Assembly: GCF_025021925.1 (NCBI RefSeq)
Contig: NZ_CP092368.1
Coordinates: 120,001 to 152,000 of the forward strand
Reading direction: 5' to 3'
DNA length: 32,000 nt
Origin: Candidatus Saccharimonadota bacterium
Lineage (GTDB): Bacteria; Pseudomonadota; Alphaproteobacteria; Rickettsiales; Anaplasmataceae
Shown: positions 10,453 through 19,918 of the stretch, in pieces
Layout of the letters: each line of letters opens with the position of its first letter
Position numbering within the stretch: the stretch's first letter is position 1
Program-made: the position numbers and the translations under genes
The notes under the pieces: model-generated
Database searches by the model: none
Seen by the model: the letters and a program-made list of their open reading frames with translations, nothing else
Told to the model about the DNA's origin: nothing

Positions 10453-10959
10453 ATGAATTTAAGTCAAATATCATCAACGCAACATATTCTAAATGTCATG
10501 ATTGAAATCAGTGCACATTCTTTTCCTATTAAATATGAATATAATCAAGATATAGAACTATTACAAGTTGATAGATTTCTATCGACATCTATGATATATC
10601 CGTGCAATTATGGTTTTATACCTAATACACGTTCAGGAGATGGTGATCCTATAGATATCTTAGTCATTACACAATGGCCATTAAACTCTAATGTAATGAT
10701 CTCAGTACGTCCAATAGGAGTATTATTGACCACAGATGAAAAAGGACAAGATGAAAAAATATTATCCGTTCCCTCTTCTCAGGTCGACAATTATTACGAT
10801 AATATCTTCAATTATTCTGATCTTCCTAAAAATCTATTAGATAGAATAGTACATTTTTTCACTCATTATAAAGATTTAGAAAAAGAAAAAGCAGTTATAG
10901 TAGGTGAATGGATGAATGCGGAAACTGCAAAAAGATTCATTCAGAATTCTATTCTGTGA
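10453..10959 (+). CDS. ppa: inorganic pyrophosphatase (family I)
   Basis: NYGFIPNT...DGDPIDILV signature; 168 aa. Confidence 0.93.
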   Translation: MNLSQISSTQHILNVMIEISAHSFPIKYEYNQDIELLQVDRFLSTSMIYPCNYGFIPNTRSGDGDPIDILVITQWPLNSNVMISVRPIGVLLTTDEKGQDEKILSVPSSQVDNYYDNIFNYSDLPKNLLDRIVHFFTHYKDLEKEKAVIVGEWMNAETAKRFIQNSIL

Positions 10960-11129
10960 ATATATACTTAGTCGAGAGTGATTTTTTATATTAATTAATA
11001 TATAATAATAGTATTATATAGCATGGCTTAATATATATTGTCATCACAAATGAAACATTCTGCAACTTATATTGGAATCATGATATACAAGAAAAAAACA
11101 TACTATCATATCAATACATAATATTATTT

Positions 11130-11221
11130 GGAAGGATGGCCGAGATGGCTTAAGGCGTCGGTTTGCTAAACCGTTATACGATATTAGAATTGTATCGAGG
11201 GTTCGAATCCCTCTCCTTCCG
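11130..11221 (+). tRNA. tRNA-Ser (anticodon GCU), class II with long variable arm, no encoded CCA
   Basis: Acceptor stem GGAAGGA/TCCTTCC plus discriminator G. D-arm GCCGAGATGGCTTAAGGC. Anticodon stem-loop TCGGT-TTGCTAA-ACCGT with a U27-U43 mismatch. Variable arm of about 22 nt (TATACGATATTAGAATTGTATC). T-arm GAGGG-TTCGAAT-CCCTC. Confidence 0.93.
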
Positions 11222-11277
11222 TCAAATTATATATAATCTCATATAATATCTTGTGCTATTTTTTTCTTCTTTAGCAT

Positions 11278-12603
11278 TTATAGAGATTCTCTAAGAGAGG
11301 AGACGTGTAACAATAATACAGATGCATATGCTTTTATTCCCTCACTTCTCCCAAGTGAACCTAATTGTTCTGCAGTAGTTGCTTTAATATTGACAGATTC
11401 ATCCTGTATATCTAATACATGAGCAATAATTTTTTTCATTTGCTTCTTATAAGGAGATATGATAGGTGTTTCACATACTATAGTAATATCTAAATTTGAT
11501 ACGATATATCCTTTTTCTTGTGAAAGATTAACTACAAAATATAAGAAATATAATGAATTATAATTCTTCCACTTAAGAGAATCAGAAGGAAAATATTCAC
11601 CTATATCACCACATCCTAATGCTCCTAGTATTGCATCAACTATTGCATGTATTGCAACGTCACCATCAGAATGTGACTCTATTGACATATTATGTTCGAT
11701 TTGTACACCACAAATCCTTATATATTGTGTCTCTTCATCATTATTTTTTATAAATCTATGTATATCATAACCATGACCTATACGAAACTTAGATTTCTCA
11801 AAAAGAAGATGTGCAATATGAAGATCTTCTTTTGTAGTTAATTTAAAATTGCTTTTTTCACCTGTTATGATCATAACTTTTTTTTTGCATGCTATCATTA
11901 ATGATGAATCATCAGTAAAGTCTTGCGCTAATTGACAAGATGAATGATTAGAAAGATCATGATTTGATTTATAGCACGATAATAATGTCTTGAAATTAAA
12001 AATTTGAGGAGTCTGTATATTTCGAATATTATGTCTTGGAATAATACCTTGAATAATATCATTACTAATAGATGCTGTTGTATCTTCTACTGCGATTACT
12101 GGTACTATTCCTTCTATCATATGTCTTTTTCTGATCATAGATTGCACTATATTATTAATCAATATATTACCTAAAAAAGGTCTACAAGCGTCATGTATGA
12201 TCACAAAAAAAGGCTCTATCTTTTGTAAGCTTTCAAGTCCTAATTTTACTGATAAATACCTTGTATCTCCTCCATATATAGGAGATAGTAATTTCTTTTC
12301 TAGAGTAGTTTTTATCTGAATAGGTAATAATTGTGTTTTCAATATACCTATGTTACATATCGGCGATATATCAATGAAATGATTTATCGTCTCTTGATAT
12401 AAATTGCTGTGATTTTTGTGAATGATCACTCTTATATAATCTATATATTGATTAGTAAGAAACTTTTTTATCGAATGCCATAACATGGGGTAACCATCAA
12501 GCTTAATATACTGTTTAGGGATATTAAAATTACATCTATTACCTATTCCTGCTGCAACTATTAATGTAGCTATTTTATATTTTTTCTCTTGTATAAGATT
12601 CAT
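11278..12603 (-). CDS. ispDF: bifunctional MEP cytidylyltransferase / MEcPP synthase (IspD-IspF fusion)
   Basis: The N-terminal half has the IspD motif VAAGIGNR and GGDTR..SV. The C-terminal half has the IspF motifs IGHGYDIHRF, SDGDVAIHA and ITIVCETP. At 441 aa it is somewhat longer than usual because of insertions in the IspD half. Confidence 0.93.
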   Translation of the reverse strand: MNLIQEKKYKIATLIVAAGIGNRCNFNIPKQYIKLDGYPMLWHSIKKFLTNQYIDYIRVIIHKNHSNLYQETINHFIDISPICNIGILKTQLLPIQIKTTLEKKLLSPIYGGDTRYLSVKLGLESLQKIEPFFVIIHDACRPFLGNILINNIVQSMIRKRHMIEGIVPVIAVEDTTASISNDIIQGIIPRHNIRNIQTPQIFNFKTLLSCYKSNHDLSNHSSCQLAQDFTDDSSLMIACKKKVMIITGEKSNFKLTTKEDLHIAHLLFEKSKFRIGHGYDIHRFIKNNDEETQYIRICGVQIEHNMSIESHSDGDVAIHAIVDAILGALGCGDIGEYFPSDSLKWKNYNSLYFLYFVVNLSQEKGYIVSNLDITIVCETPIISPYKKQMKKIIAHVLDIQDESVNIKATTAEQLGSLGRSEGIKAYASVLLLHVSSLRESL

Positions 12604-13083
12604 ATGAATGCGCTTATTAGCATAATAATTGACAACTTATATATGACTATTCATAAGTACTCTATAATAATGAGAAGATTATATATAAACTAATACACTT
12701 GGATATAATATATAAAATTGTGAGAGAAGAATCTTCATGATAATATACTATCACTGCATCTTACATATCATTTTGATAATCTCTCTGAGAGATCATCTTG
12801 TAATAATAAAAATATTTAACTATGCAAGTCTAATCTTATTATAGAGCGAGTTTCAAATTTCTATTTTTGAAATATTATGACATATATGAGATTTTTATCT
12901 CTCAAGATGAATATATTATTCATATAATGCTACATTTTAGCTAGTATATTACTTATCATCTTGGCTATATACTACATCATTGCAACTAAATTAAAAATAG
13001 TTATAATAATATTACGGATATAAGTAGTATGACAAAATATATATTCAAAATGTACTTATGTTAAATGATGATTAATATCATGT

Positions 13084-13806
13084 GTGATATTCATGTTTGG
13101 TAATATATTATTTAATATTTTTCTTATAATATGGGAATTATTCTTCACTATATTGACTCTTCCTATAGTGTTTTGCTCTAAATATATTCTCAAGATCATT
13201 TTTACCTTATCAGTAAGAATTGTATTATTTATGCTACGTGTATTATGTAGTATTACATACGAAGTGAGAGGTTTGGAAAATATTTTAACATCTCCCTGTA
13301 TTATTGCCTCTAAACATCAATCACCATTTGAAACTCTTATTTTTATGCTTTTATTTAAAAATGCGGTTTTTATTCTAAAGCATGAATTACAATGGATACC
13401 ATTTATTGGTTTACATCTCAAAGCATTAAGAATGATTTTTATTAATAGAGCAAATGGAATTGCTTCTATTCGTCATATAATAAAATCATCAAAAATACTC
13501 ATAAAAGAAAACAAAAGTATCATCATTTTTCCTGAAGGTACGAGAACAGAGATAAATCGAAAAATAGCATATCATCCAGGTGTATTTATATTATATTCCC
13601 TATTATCTCTTCCTGTATTACCAATAGCTTTAAACACTGGTTTATTTTGGCCAAAAAGCATTATATCTGCACATAAGCATCCTGGAATCGCAATAATAGA
13701 AATATTACCTCCCATACTACCTGGGTTAAGTAAAGAGGAATTCTTATACAGACTAGAAAGTGCAATTGAAGCAAAAAGTCTCGCATTGACTAAGAAAAAA
13801 AACTAG
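13084..13806 (+). CDS. plsC: 1-acyl-sn-glycerol-3-phosphate acyltransferase
   Basis: Acyltransferase blocks KHQSPFET (HX4D/E), FINR and IFPEGTR, plus an N-terminal TM segment. The ORF starts at GTG 13084, with an alternative ATG at 13093. Confidence 0.85.
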   Translation: MIFMFGNILFNIFLIIWELFFTILTLPIVFCSKYILKIIFTLSVRIVLFMLRVLCSITYEVRGLENILTSPCIIASKHQSPFETLIFMLLFKNAVFILKHELQWIPFIGLHLKALRMIFINRANGIASIRHIIKSSKILIKENKSIIIFPEGTRTEINRKIAYHPGVFILYSLLSLPVLPIALNTGLFWPKSIISAHKHPGIAIIEILPPILPGLSKEEFLYRLESAIEAKSLALTKKKN

Positions 13807-13876
13807 TATTGCATATGAGTAAAAGTTATATAAGTACATTATAGTAAAAAACAAAGAATGAGGTTATCAAATATAT

Positions 13877-14152
13877 ATGGCAAATCATAAAAGCGCGAGA
13901 AACATGATTAAGGTATCGGCAAAGCGTACTTTGATAAATAAGATGCGTAAAAGTCAGACTCGTACTGCGATTAGAAAAGTATATGATACATTCACTAATA
14001 GTAATAGAGAGAATATGATTGTGGCATTTAAGAAAGCTGAATCTATATTACATAAGTGTGTTAATAAAGGTATTATTCATAGAAATACTGCTGCACGCAA
14101 GATTAGTCGTCTAAATGCAAAGATCAAAACATACATGATAGGAAAAGATTAA
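13877..14152 (+). CDS. rpsT: 30S ribosomal protein S20
   Basis: 91-aa basic protein with the MANHKSA..K N-terminus and ...HRNTAARK.SRL typical of S20. Confidence 0.93.
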   Translation: MANHKSARNMIKVSAKRTLINKMRKSQTRTAIRKVYDTFTNSNRENMIVAFKKAESILHKCVNKGIIHRNTAARKISRLNAKIKTYMIGKD

Positions 14153-14216
14153 GAGTGAGTAGTGCTAGTGAGCAAATTATTACTTCTAGATATCTGTATG
14201 TTATATAATCATCATA

Positions 14217-14855
14217 TTAACTAATACTTGTGTGATATTCTATCCATTTTACAGTCAGTTTTTCTTGTAAGCTATTTTGCATTAAACGCTCACTTAAAAA
14301 ATCGAAATCAACGTATTCCATATTCTGATCTTGAGTGCTACAACTATAAACAAAGGATTCTTGGCCTGTATTAACATTAAAATGTCTTTGTAAACATTGA
14401 GCACAGATCTCTTTCATCATGCATTGCATAGGAGAATTAATAGAAGATATTGCGATGTGATTTGATTTTAAATATGGCTTGAGAATTGTCATTCTAGCAT
14501 GATTTATAGCTTTCATCATATGCACAGAACCTACAGTAATAATTGTATCTATTTCTTGTAACTGTATATGATGTATACCACATCTTCCTAATTGATAGGC
14601 TATAATACCTTCTACTATATTACCATGAAAGGATTGATCTTGCATTCTATTGATTTCAATCATTCCTTCTTCACATGTCCATACAACCACATTTGCGACG
14701 GTTTCAATCATATTGCGTTTGAAGACATCATTAAGTCTTTTAAAACCCGCAAAGTACAATACTTTATTATTCTTTTTAAGACATAACTGTCCTATTGAAA
14801 ATAATACTGCATTTCCTACACCACCCCCAACTAGCATGATATTGCTCATATTCAA
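14217..14855 (-). CDS. PyrK/FNR-like oxidoreductase module: NAD(P)-binding domain plus C-terminal Cys cluster, with no FAD-binding domain
   Basis: The protein starts directly at the nucleotide-binding motif IMLVGGGVGNAVLF. The C-terminal Cys pattern C-x6-C-x2-C...C (MQCMMKEICAQCLQ...YSCSTQDQ) resembles the [2Fe-2S] site of DHODB electron-transfer subunits. There is no RxYS-type FAD barrel. Confidence 0.55.
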   Translation of the reverse strand: MNMSNIMLVGGGVGNAVLFSIGQLCLKKNNKVLYFAGFKRLNDVFKRNMIETVANVVVWTCEEGMIEINRMQDQSFHGNIVEGIIAYQLGRCGIHHIQLQEIDTIITVGSVHMMKAINHARMTILKPYLKSNHIAISSINSPMQCMMKEICAQCLQRHFNVNTGQESFVYSCSTQDQNMEYVDFDFLSERLMQNSLQEKLTVKWIEYHTSIS

Positions 14856-14920
14856 ACTGAGAGTCTACTCTCTTGCTTAATTATTCATATTACATCATAT
14901 ACAATATTATGCGATTCATC

Positions 14921-14953
14921 AACTCTGAAATCCTTGTCAAGGATTTCAGAGTT
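14921..14953. repeat. perfect 33-bp palindrome (16+1+16) in the divergent spacer upstream of purF
   Basis: The sequence aactctgaaatccttg-t-caaggatttcagagtt was checked base by base. It lies between the divergently transcribed 14217-14855 (-) and purF (+). Confidence 0.9.
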
Positions 14954-15053
14954 AAAGTACTATACTAGCTCTGATACACTAAAAAACTGAATAAATAAAA
15001 TACTTGTACTTATATATGTGTTCAAGTAATATTAAGTTTTACTGAATATTAAT

Positions 15054-16442
15054 ATGCTAGATGATATCCATGAGGAATGTGGAGTATTTAGTATAAGCTG
15101 CAATCACGATGCTGCCTTTAACTCTGTACTATCCCTACATGCTCTACAGCATAGAGGTCAAGAAGCTTTTGGTTTAGCAACAAGTGATAATGGTCAATTA
15201 CACTATTATCACTTACAAGATGAAGTGAGTAGTGCATTTGATAATATAGATAAAATAAAACAAGCCTTACCTGGATATTATGCAATAGGTCATGTGAGAT
15301 ATTCTACAAGCGGGACTAAATCTGGTGCTCAACCGATATTTGGATATAATAAAAAATTTGGATGTTTTGCAATAGCTCACAATGGTAATTTAATAGGTAT
15401 TTCTCCTATACGGGATGCTCTCATTCAACAAGGATGTGTCTTTCAATCGGATATTGATACAGAAATAGTAGTGCGTTTATTAGAAAGAAATACTCAAGAC
15501 AGTTTTGTCAATAGTGTGATAGATGTTCTAAAACAAATAAGAGGTGCCTATTCTTTTGTACTGATTCATCAAGATATCATACTAGGAGTACGAGATCCCG
15601 CAGGCATTAGACCTCTTGTATTAGGTAAGTTAAATAATTCTTATATCATGACATCTGAAACGTGTGCCCTTGATATTATCAATGCTGAATTTATTAGAGA
15701 AATTCAGCCTGGTGAATTAGTAATTATTGATCGTACTGGTTATCTTACGTCTAAATTTCCCTTTTTAACACAAAAGTCAAGTTTTTGTCTTTTTGAATAT
15801 ATTTATTTTTCAAGACCAGATAGTATTATGATGAATACATCTATATATAATATAAGAAAAAAAATAGGCCGTGTTCTTGCAGAAGAAAGCCCTATAAGAA
15901 AGAATGTAGATATGATCGTGCCAATTCCTGATTCTGGAATACCTGCAGCTATTGGATTCTCTCAATATTCAGGAATATCTATGGAATTAGGAATCGTGCG
16001 TAATCATTATATAGGAAGAACTTTTATACAGCCTACAGATAAAATACGCCAAGTAAGAACAAAATTGAAATTTAATGCTAATAAATATCTTTTAAAGAAT
16101 AAAAATATCATTTTGATAGACGATAGTATCGTACGTGGCAATACCTTAAAAAGCATAATTTTCATGCTAAAGAATGCAGGAGTACAAGATATTCATCTCA
16201 AAATCTCAAGTCCACCAATGAAATATTCCTGTTTTTATGGTATTGATACTCCAAATTCCAAGCACCTTATTTCCGCTAATCAATCTATAATAGAGATGCA
16301 AAAGAATATAGGAGTAACGAGTTTATATTTTTTAAGTATTGAAGGACTTTATCGTGCTGTTAATGGAGAGACGCGCAATAATAATGCACCTCAATATTGT
16401 GATGCCTGTTTTACTGGCGATTATCCTATTGGAAATAGTTAA
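15054..16442 (+). CDS. purF: amidophosphoribosyltransferase
   Basis: N-terminal nucleophile context EECGVFSI, PRPP-binding loop IILIDDSIVRGNT and C-terminal Fe-S cysteines YCDACFTGDYP; 462 aa. Confidence 0.96.
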   Translation: MLDDIHEECGVFSISCNHDAAFNSVLSLHALQHRGQEAFGLATSDNGQLHYYHLQDEVSSAFDNIDKIKQALPGYYAIGHVRYSTSGTKSGAQPIFGYNKKFGCFAIAHNGNLIGISPIRDALIQQGCVFQSDIDTEIVVRLLERNTQDSFVNSVIDVLKQIRGAYSFVLIHQDIILGVRDPAGIRPLVLGKLNNSYIMTSETCALDIINAEFIREIQPGELVIIDRTGYLTSKFPFLTQKSSFCLFEYIYFSRPDSIMMNTSIYNIRKKIGRVLAEESPIRKNVDMIVPIPDSGIPAAIGFSQYSGISMELGIVRNHYIGRTFIQPTDKIRQVRTKLKFNANKYLLKNKNIILIDDSIVRGNTLKSIIFMLKNAGVQDIHLKISSPPMKYSCFYGIDTPNSKHLISANQSIIEMQKNIGVTSLYFLSIEGLYRAVNGETRNNNAPQYCDACFTGDYPIGNS

Positions 16443-16606
16443 AACGTATGCAGTATATCACATAAATGAAGAGGGAGCTCTTAAGGAGCTTAATCTTTAT
16501 ATTCATTTTTTTGATAAATATTTAGTTTAATTAATATATATTACCTTGAAAGATTCAAGCATCATACTTAAATCTTTAATACAATAACAGATTAATGAGG
16601 CGGATA

Positions 16607-18544
16607 ATGCATAATATAAAGGATACTGAGAATCTACAATTTGATACTGAAGTCAGTAAAATACTTAACATAGTGATTCATGCTCTTTATACTAATAAAG
16701 ATATTTTTTTACGTGAATTAGTATCAAATGCATCAGATGCCTGTGATAAATTACGTTATGAATCTCAGTTAAATTCTGATTTATTGAGCGTTAATGATGA
16801 ACTAAAAATTAGTATCAGTTTCAATAAAGATAAGAGTGCACTATACATTACAGACAATGGTATAGGTATGAATAGACAAGATTTAATTGATCATCTTGGT
16901 ACAATTGCAAGCTCAGGGACACAGAAATTCTTGGAAAATATTAAAAATACTAAGGACGCACAGAAAAATATAGATGTAATTGGTAAATTTGGTGTAGGTT
17001 TTTATTCAAGCTTCATGGTTGCGTCAGAAGTAATAGTACAATCAAGAAAAGCAGGAGAAGAAGAAACTTGGATGTGGACCTCTAAGGGAGATGGTGGATA
17101 TTCAATTAGTAAATTAGAAAATATCAATACTCATCATAAAAGTGGTACTAAAATTACACTCATTCTCCATGCTGGAGAGCATGAATTTTTAAATCAATCT
17201 CGTATTAAAAATATTATTACTACTTATTCAGATCATATCACTTTTCCTATTGAATTTATAGATGAAGAACAAAAAAAGAGCGAAAAATTAAATAGTAATG
17301 CATCTATTTGGACTAAATCAAAAAAAGAGATTACTCAAGAAGAATACAATGCATTTTTTCGTTACATTTCTAATATGAATGATAATCCTTGGATGACATT
17401 GCATAACAAAAGTGAAGGAATCATAGAATATACAAATTTATTATATATCCCTTCTGTTAAGCCTTTTGATTTATTTCATCCAGATAGAAATTGTTCTGTA
17501 AGATTATATGTCAATAAGGTCTTTATTACTGAAAATAATGTACAAATTATACCACAGTATTTACGCTTTTTACGAGGTATTGTTGATTCACCTGATTTGC
17601 CTCTGAATATTAGTCGAGAAACATTACAGAATAATCGTGTTGTTGATCAGATCAAAAAATCTATCACGAAGCGTGTGCTCTCAGAGATCAGTAAAAGAGC
17701 ACAAGATAATATAGAAGAATATATTAATTTCTGGAGTAATTTTGGTGCAGTATTAAAAGAAGGTCTATGTGATTCTCTTGCTACAGAAGATCGTGAGATG
17801 CTACTCTCAATTTGTAGATTTCATAGTACTAAATATGATACATTAGTCAGTCTTGATGATTATATTTCAAGAATGACTCCGGATCAATCTCATATTTACT
17901 ATCTGACAGGCAACAGTCTTACTGCAGTCAAAAATAGTCCTCAACTTGAGGGATTTATTAATAAAGGATTGGAAGTATTATTATTTATTGACCCAGTTGA
18001 TGATTTTTGGACGAGTGTAATTCGTCAATATAAACATAAGGAATTCAAATCTGTGACAAGATCTGGTGTTGATATAGAAAAATTTTCTTTAGAGAAACAA
18101 AATCAGAATCAATCAAATATAGAAAATAACGAAACTATTCTTGATAATATCAATTCAGATCCTATAATAAAATATTTTACAAAAGTACTTGGTACTTTAA
18201 TAAAAGAAGTCAGAGTTTCAAAAAAATTAATTGATAGTCCAGTATGTTTAACTGTTGATGAAGGTGGAATAGATCTAAGAATGGAACGCTTTTTACGTGA
18301 ACAAAAACAATTAGATTATCGCACACCTAAAGTATTAGAAATAAATCTTAAGCATATTATTGTCAAAAACATTTTGAATGCTTATAATCAAAATGGAGAA
18401 AATCAAATATTAGAAGACATCATTTATTTATTGTTCTATCAAGCGTGCATTATTGAGGGTGAAGAGATAGATAGTCCACATATTTTTACTAATAGACTCA
18501 ATAATATACTTGCTAGCATTTTAATGCAATCATGTGTTCAATGA
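16607..18544 (+). CDS. htpG: molecular chaperone HtpG (Hsp90)
   Basis: Motifs [26 protein letters not shown]-type ([12 protein letters not shown]) and [11 protein letters not shown]. The ORF opens at ATG 16595, but GAGG at 16597-16600 sits 6 nt before ATG 16607, which favours 16607 as the start. Confidence 0.95.
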   Translation: MHNIKDTENLQFDTEVSKILNIVIHALYTNKDIFLRELVSNASDACDKLRYESQLNSDLLSVNDELKISISFNKDKSALYITDNGIGMNRQDLIDHLGTIASSGTQKFLENIKNTKDAQKNIDVIGKFGVGFYSSFMVASEVIVQSRKAGEEETWMWTSKGDGGYSISKLENINTHHKSGTKITLILHAGEHEFLNQSRIKNIITTYSDHITFPIEFIDEEQKKSEKLNSNASIWTKSKKEITQEEYNAFFRYISNMNDNPWMTLHNKSEGIIEYTNLLYIPSVKPFDLFHPDRNCSVRLYVNKVFITENNVQIIPQYLRFLRGIVDSPDLPLNISRETLQNNRVVDQIKKSITKRVLSEISKRAQDNIEEYINFWSNFGAVLKEGLCDSLATEDREMLLSICRFHSTKYDTLVSLDDYISRMTPDQSHIYYLTGNSLTAVKNSPQLEGFINKGLEVLLFIDPVDDFWTSVIRQYKHKEFKSVTRSGVDIEKFSLEKQNQNQSNIENNETILDNINSDPIIKYFTKVLGTLIKEVRVSKKLIDSPVCLTVDEGGIDLRMERFLREQKQLDYRTPKVLEINLKHIIVKNILNAYNQNGENQILEDIIYLLFYQACIIEGEEIDSPHIFTNRLNNILASILMQSCVQ

Positions 18545-18666
18545 TATAAAGAAACTTGAAGGTTTATTCTTTCATCTCTATATCTGAGAGATCATCATTA
18601 CAAGATATTTACTTTAAGAATCAAGAATTTTTCTCTTAACTGCAATATTCATTGCAATATTATACT

Positions 18667-18714
18667 TGATGTTTTAATCATTTAAAATTATAATTTTAAA
18701 TGATTAAAACATCA
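18667..18714. repeat. perfect 48-bp palindrome ending 4 nt before the hemA start codon
   Basis: In tgatgttttaatcatttaaaatta|taattttaaatgattaaaacatca the second half is the exact reverse complement of the first (checked base by base). It is preceded by two copies of TGCAATATT at 18641-18649 and 18653-18661. Confidence 0.9.
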
Positions 18715-18718
18715 TAAT

Positions 18719-19918
18719 ATGATAGATTACGAAAAAATATTTTTACAAAAAATCATAGATATCAAACAAGAAGGAAGATATCGTGAATTTACACATTTTG
18801 TTTCTGTACCTGGTAAATTTCCTCATATTATGGACTATGAAAGAAATAGAGAAGTGATAGTATGGTGTAGCAATAATTATCTAGGCATGTCACAAAATAA
18901 ACACGTTATTGCTGCTATGCAAAGTTCATCAGTTGGTGCAGGTGGTACAAGAAATATTTCAGGAACAACAAAAGAAGTTGTAGAACTTGAAAAGTCTTTA
19001 GCTACATTACATAATAAAGAGGATGCTTTAACATTTTCTTGTGGTTATCTTGCTAATCAAACAACACTCAGTACATTATCTTCTATAATTCCTGATGTAG
19101 TTATTTTTTCAGATGAAAAAAATCACTCTTCAATAATAGAAGGAATAAAATCAGGTAAAAGACCAAAATATATATTTAATCATAATGATATATCTCATTT
19201 AGAAACATTATTAAAATCTATCAGTATTAACATACCTAAGATTATAGCTCTTGAATCTGTATATTCAATGGATGGTGATATAGCACCTTTAAAAGCAATA
19301 TGTGATCTTGCAGATCAGTATAATGCAATTACTTATTTAGATGAAGTACATGCAGTTGGAATATATGGAGAACATGGTGGAGGTATTGCTGAACAAGAGG
19401 GAATTATGAATAGAGTGACTATTATTCAAGGGACATTATCAAAGGCTTTTGGAGTCATGGGAGGATATATTGCTGCTTCAAAGAATTTAGTAGACGTCAT
19501 AAGAAGTTCTGCACCAGGTTTTATCTTTACTACCGCTATGTCTCCTATTTTAGCAGCTGCAGCTAAGGCAAGTGTTGAATATCTAAAATCCAGTAATATT
19601 GAAAGAGAGATGCATAAGATAGTTGTGAAAAAAGTAAAAATAGCATTAAAAAATGTAGGTATCAATTTTATTGATACAAATACTCATATTATTCCGATCA
19701 TAATTGGTGATTCACAATTATCCAAAAGTGCATCAAAATTGATGTTTGATACATACAGCATATATGTACAACATATAAATTATCCTACAACTCCAAGAGG
19801 CACTGAACGTTTTCGTATTACCCCTACACCTTTTCACACTGATAACATGATACATCATTTAGCAGAATCTTTAGTCAAGGTTTTTAAATCATTATCTATT
19901 CCTATTAGAGAATCATGA
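18719..19918 (+). CDS. hemA: 5-aminolevulinate synthase
   Basis: Alpha-oxoamine synthase fold with [16 protein letters not shown] and the PLP-lysine context GTLSKAFG; 399 aa. Confidence 0.95.
   Translation: MIDYEKIFLQKIIDIKQEGRYREFTHFVSVPGKFPHIMDYERNREVIVWCSNNYLGMSQNKHVIAAMQSSSVGAGGTRNISGTTKEVVELEKSLATLHNKEDALTFSCGYLANQTTLSTLSSIIPDVVIFSDEKNHSSIIEGIKSGKRPKYIFNHNDISHLETLLKSISINIPKIIALESVYSMDGDIAPLKAICDLADQYNAITYLDEVHAVGIYGEHGGGIAEQEGIMNRVTIIQGTLSKAFGVMGGYIAASKNLVDVIRSSAPGFIFTTAMSPILAAAAKASVEYLKSSNIEREMHKIVVKKVKIALKNVGINFIDTNTHIIPIIIGDSQLSKSASKLMFDTYSIYVQHINYPTTPRGTERFRITPTPFHTDNMIHHLAESLVKVFKSLSIPIRES

Noticed and set aside
16339-16530. A 63-aa ORF overlapping the 3' end of purF, and a similar 60-aa ORF at 21742-21924 overlapping the rimM start.
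   Set aside because: Both are out of frame and overlap well-supported genes, with no motifs. They are most likely chance ORFs.
18667-18714. Fur-box or Irr/ICE-box interpretation of the hemA palindrome (TAATCATT / AATGATTA words).
   Set aside because: The Fur-like words are in the wrong relative orientation and spacing for a 19-bp Fur box. The ICE consensus (TTTAGAA-N3-TTCTAAA) is not matched. I kept the palindrome as a finding but not this specific regulator assignment.
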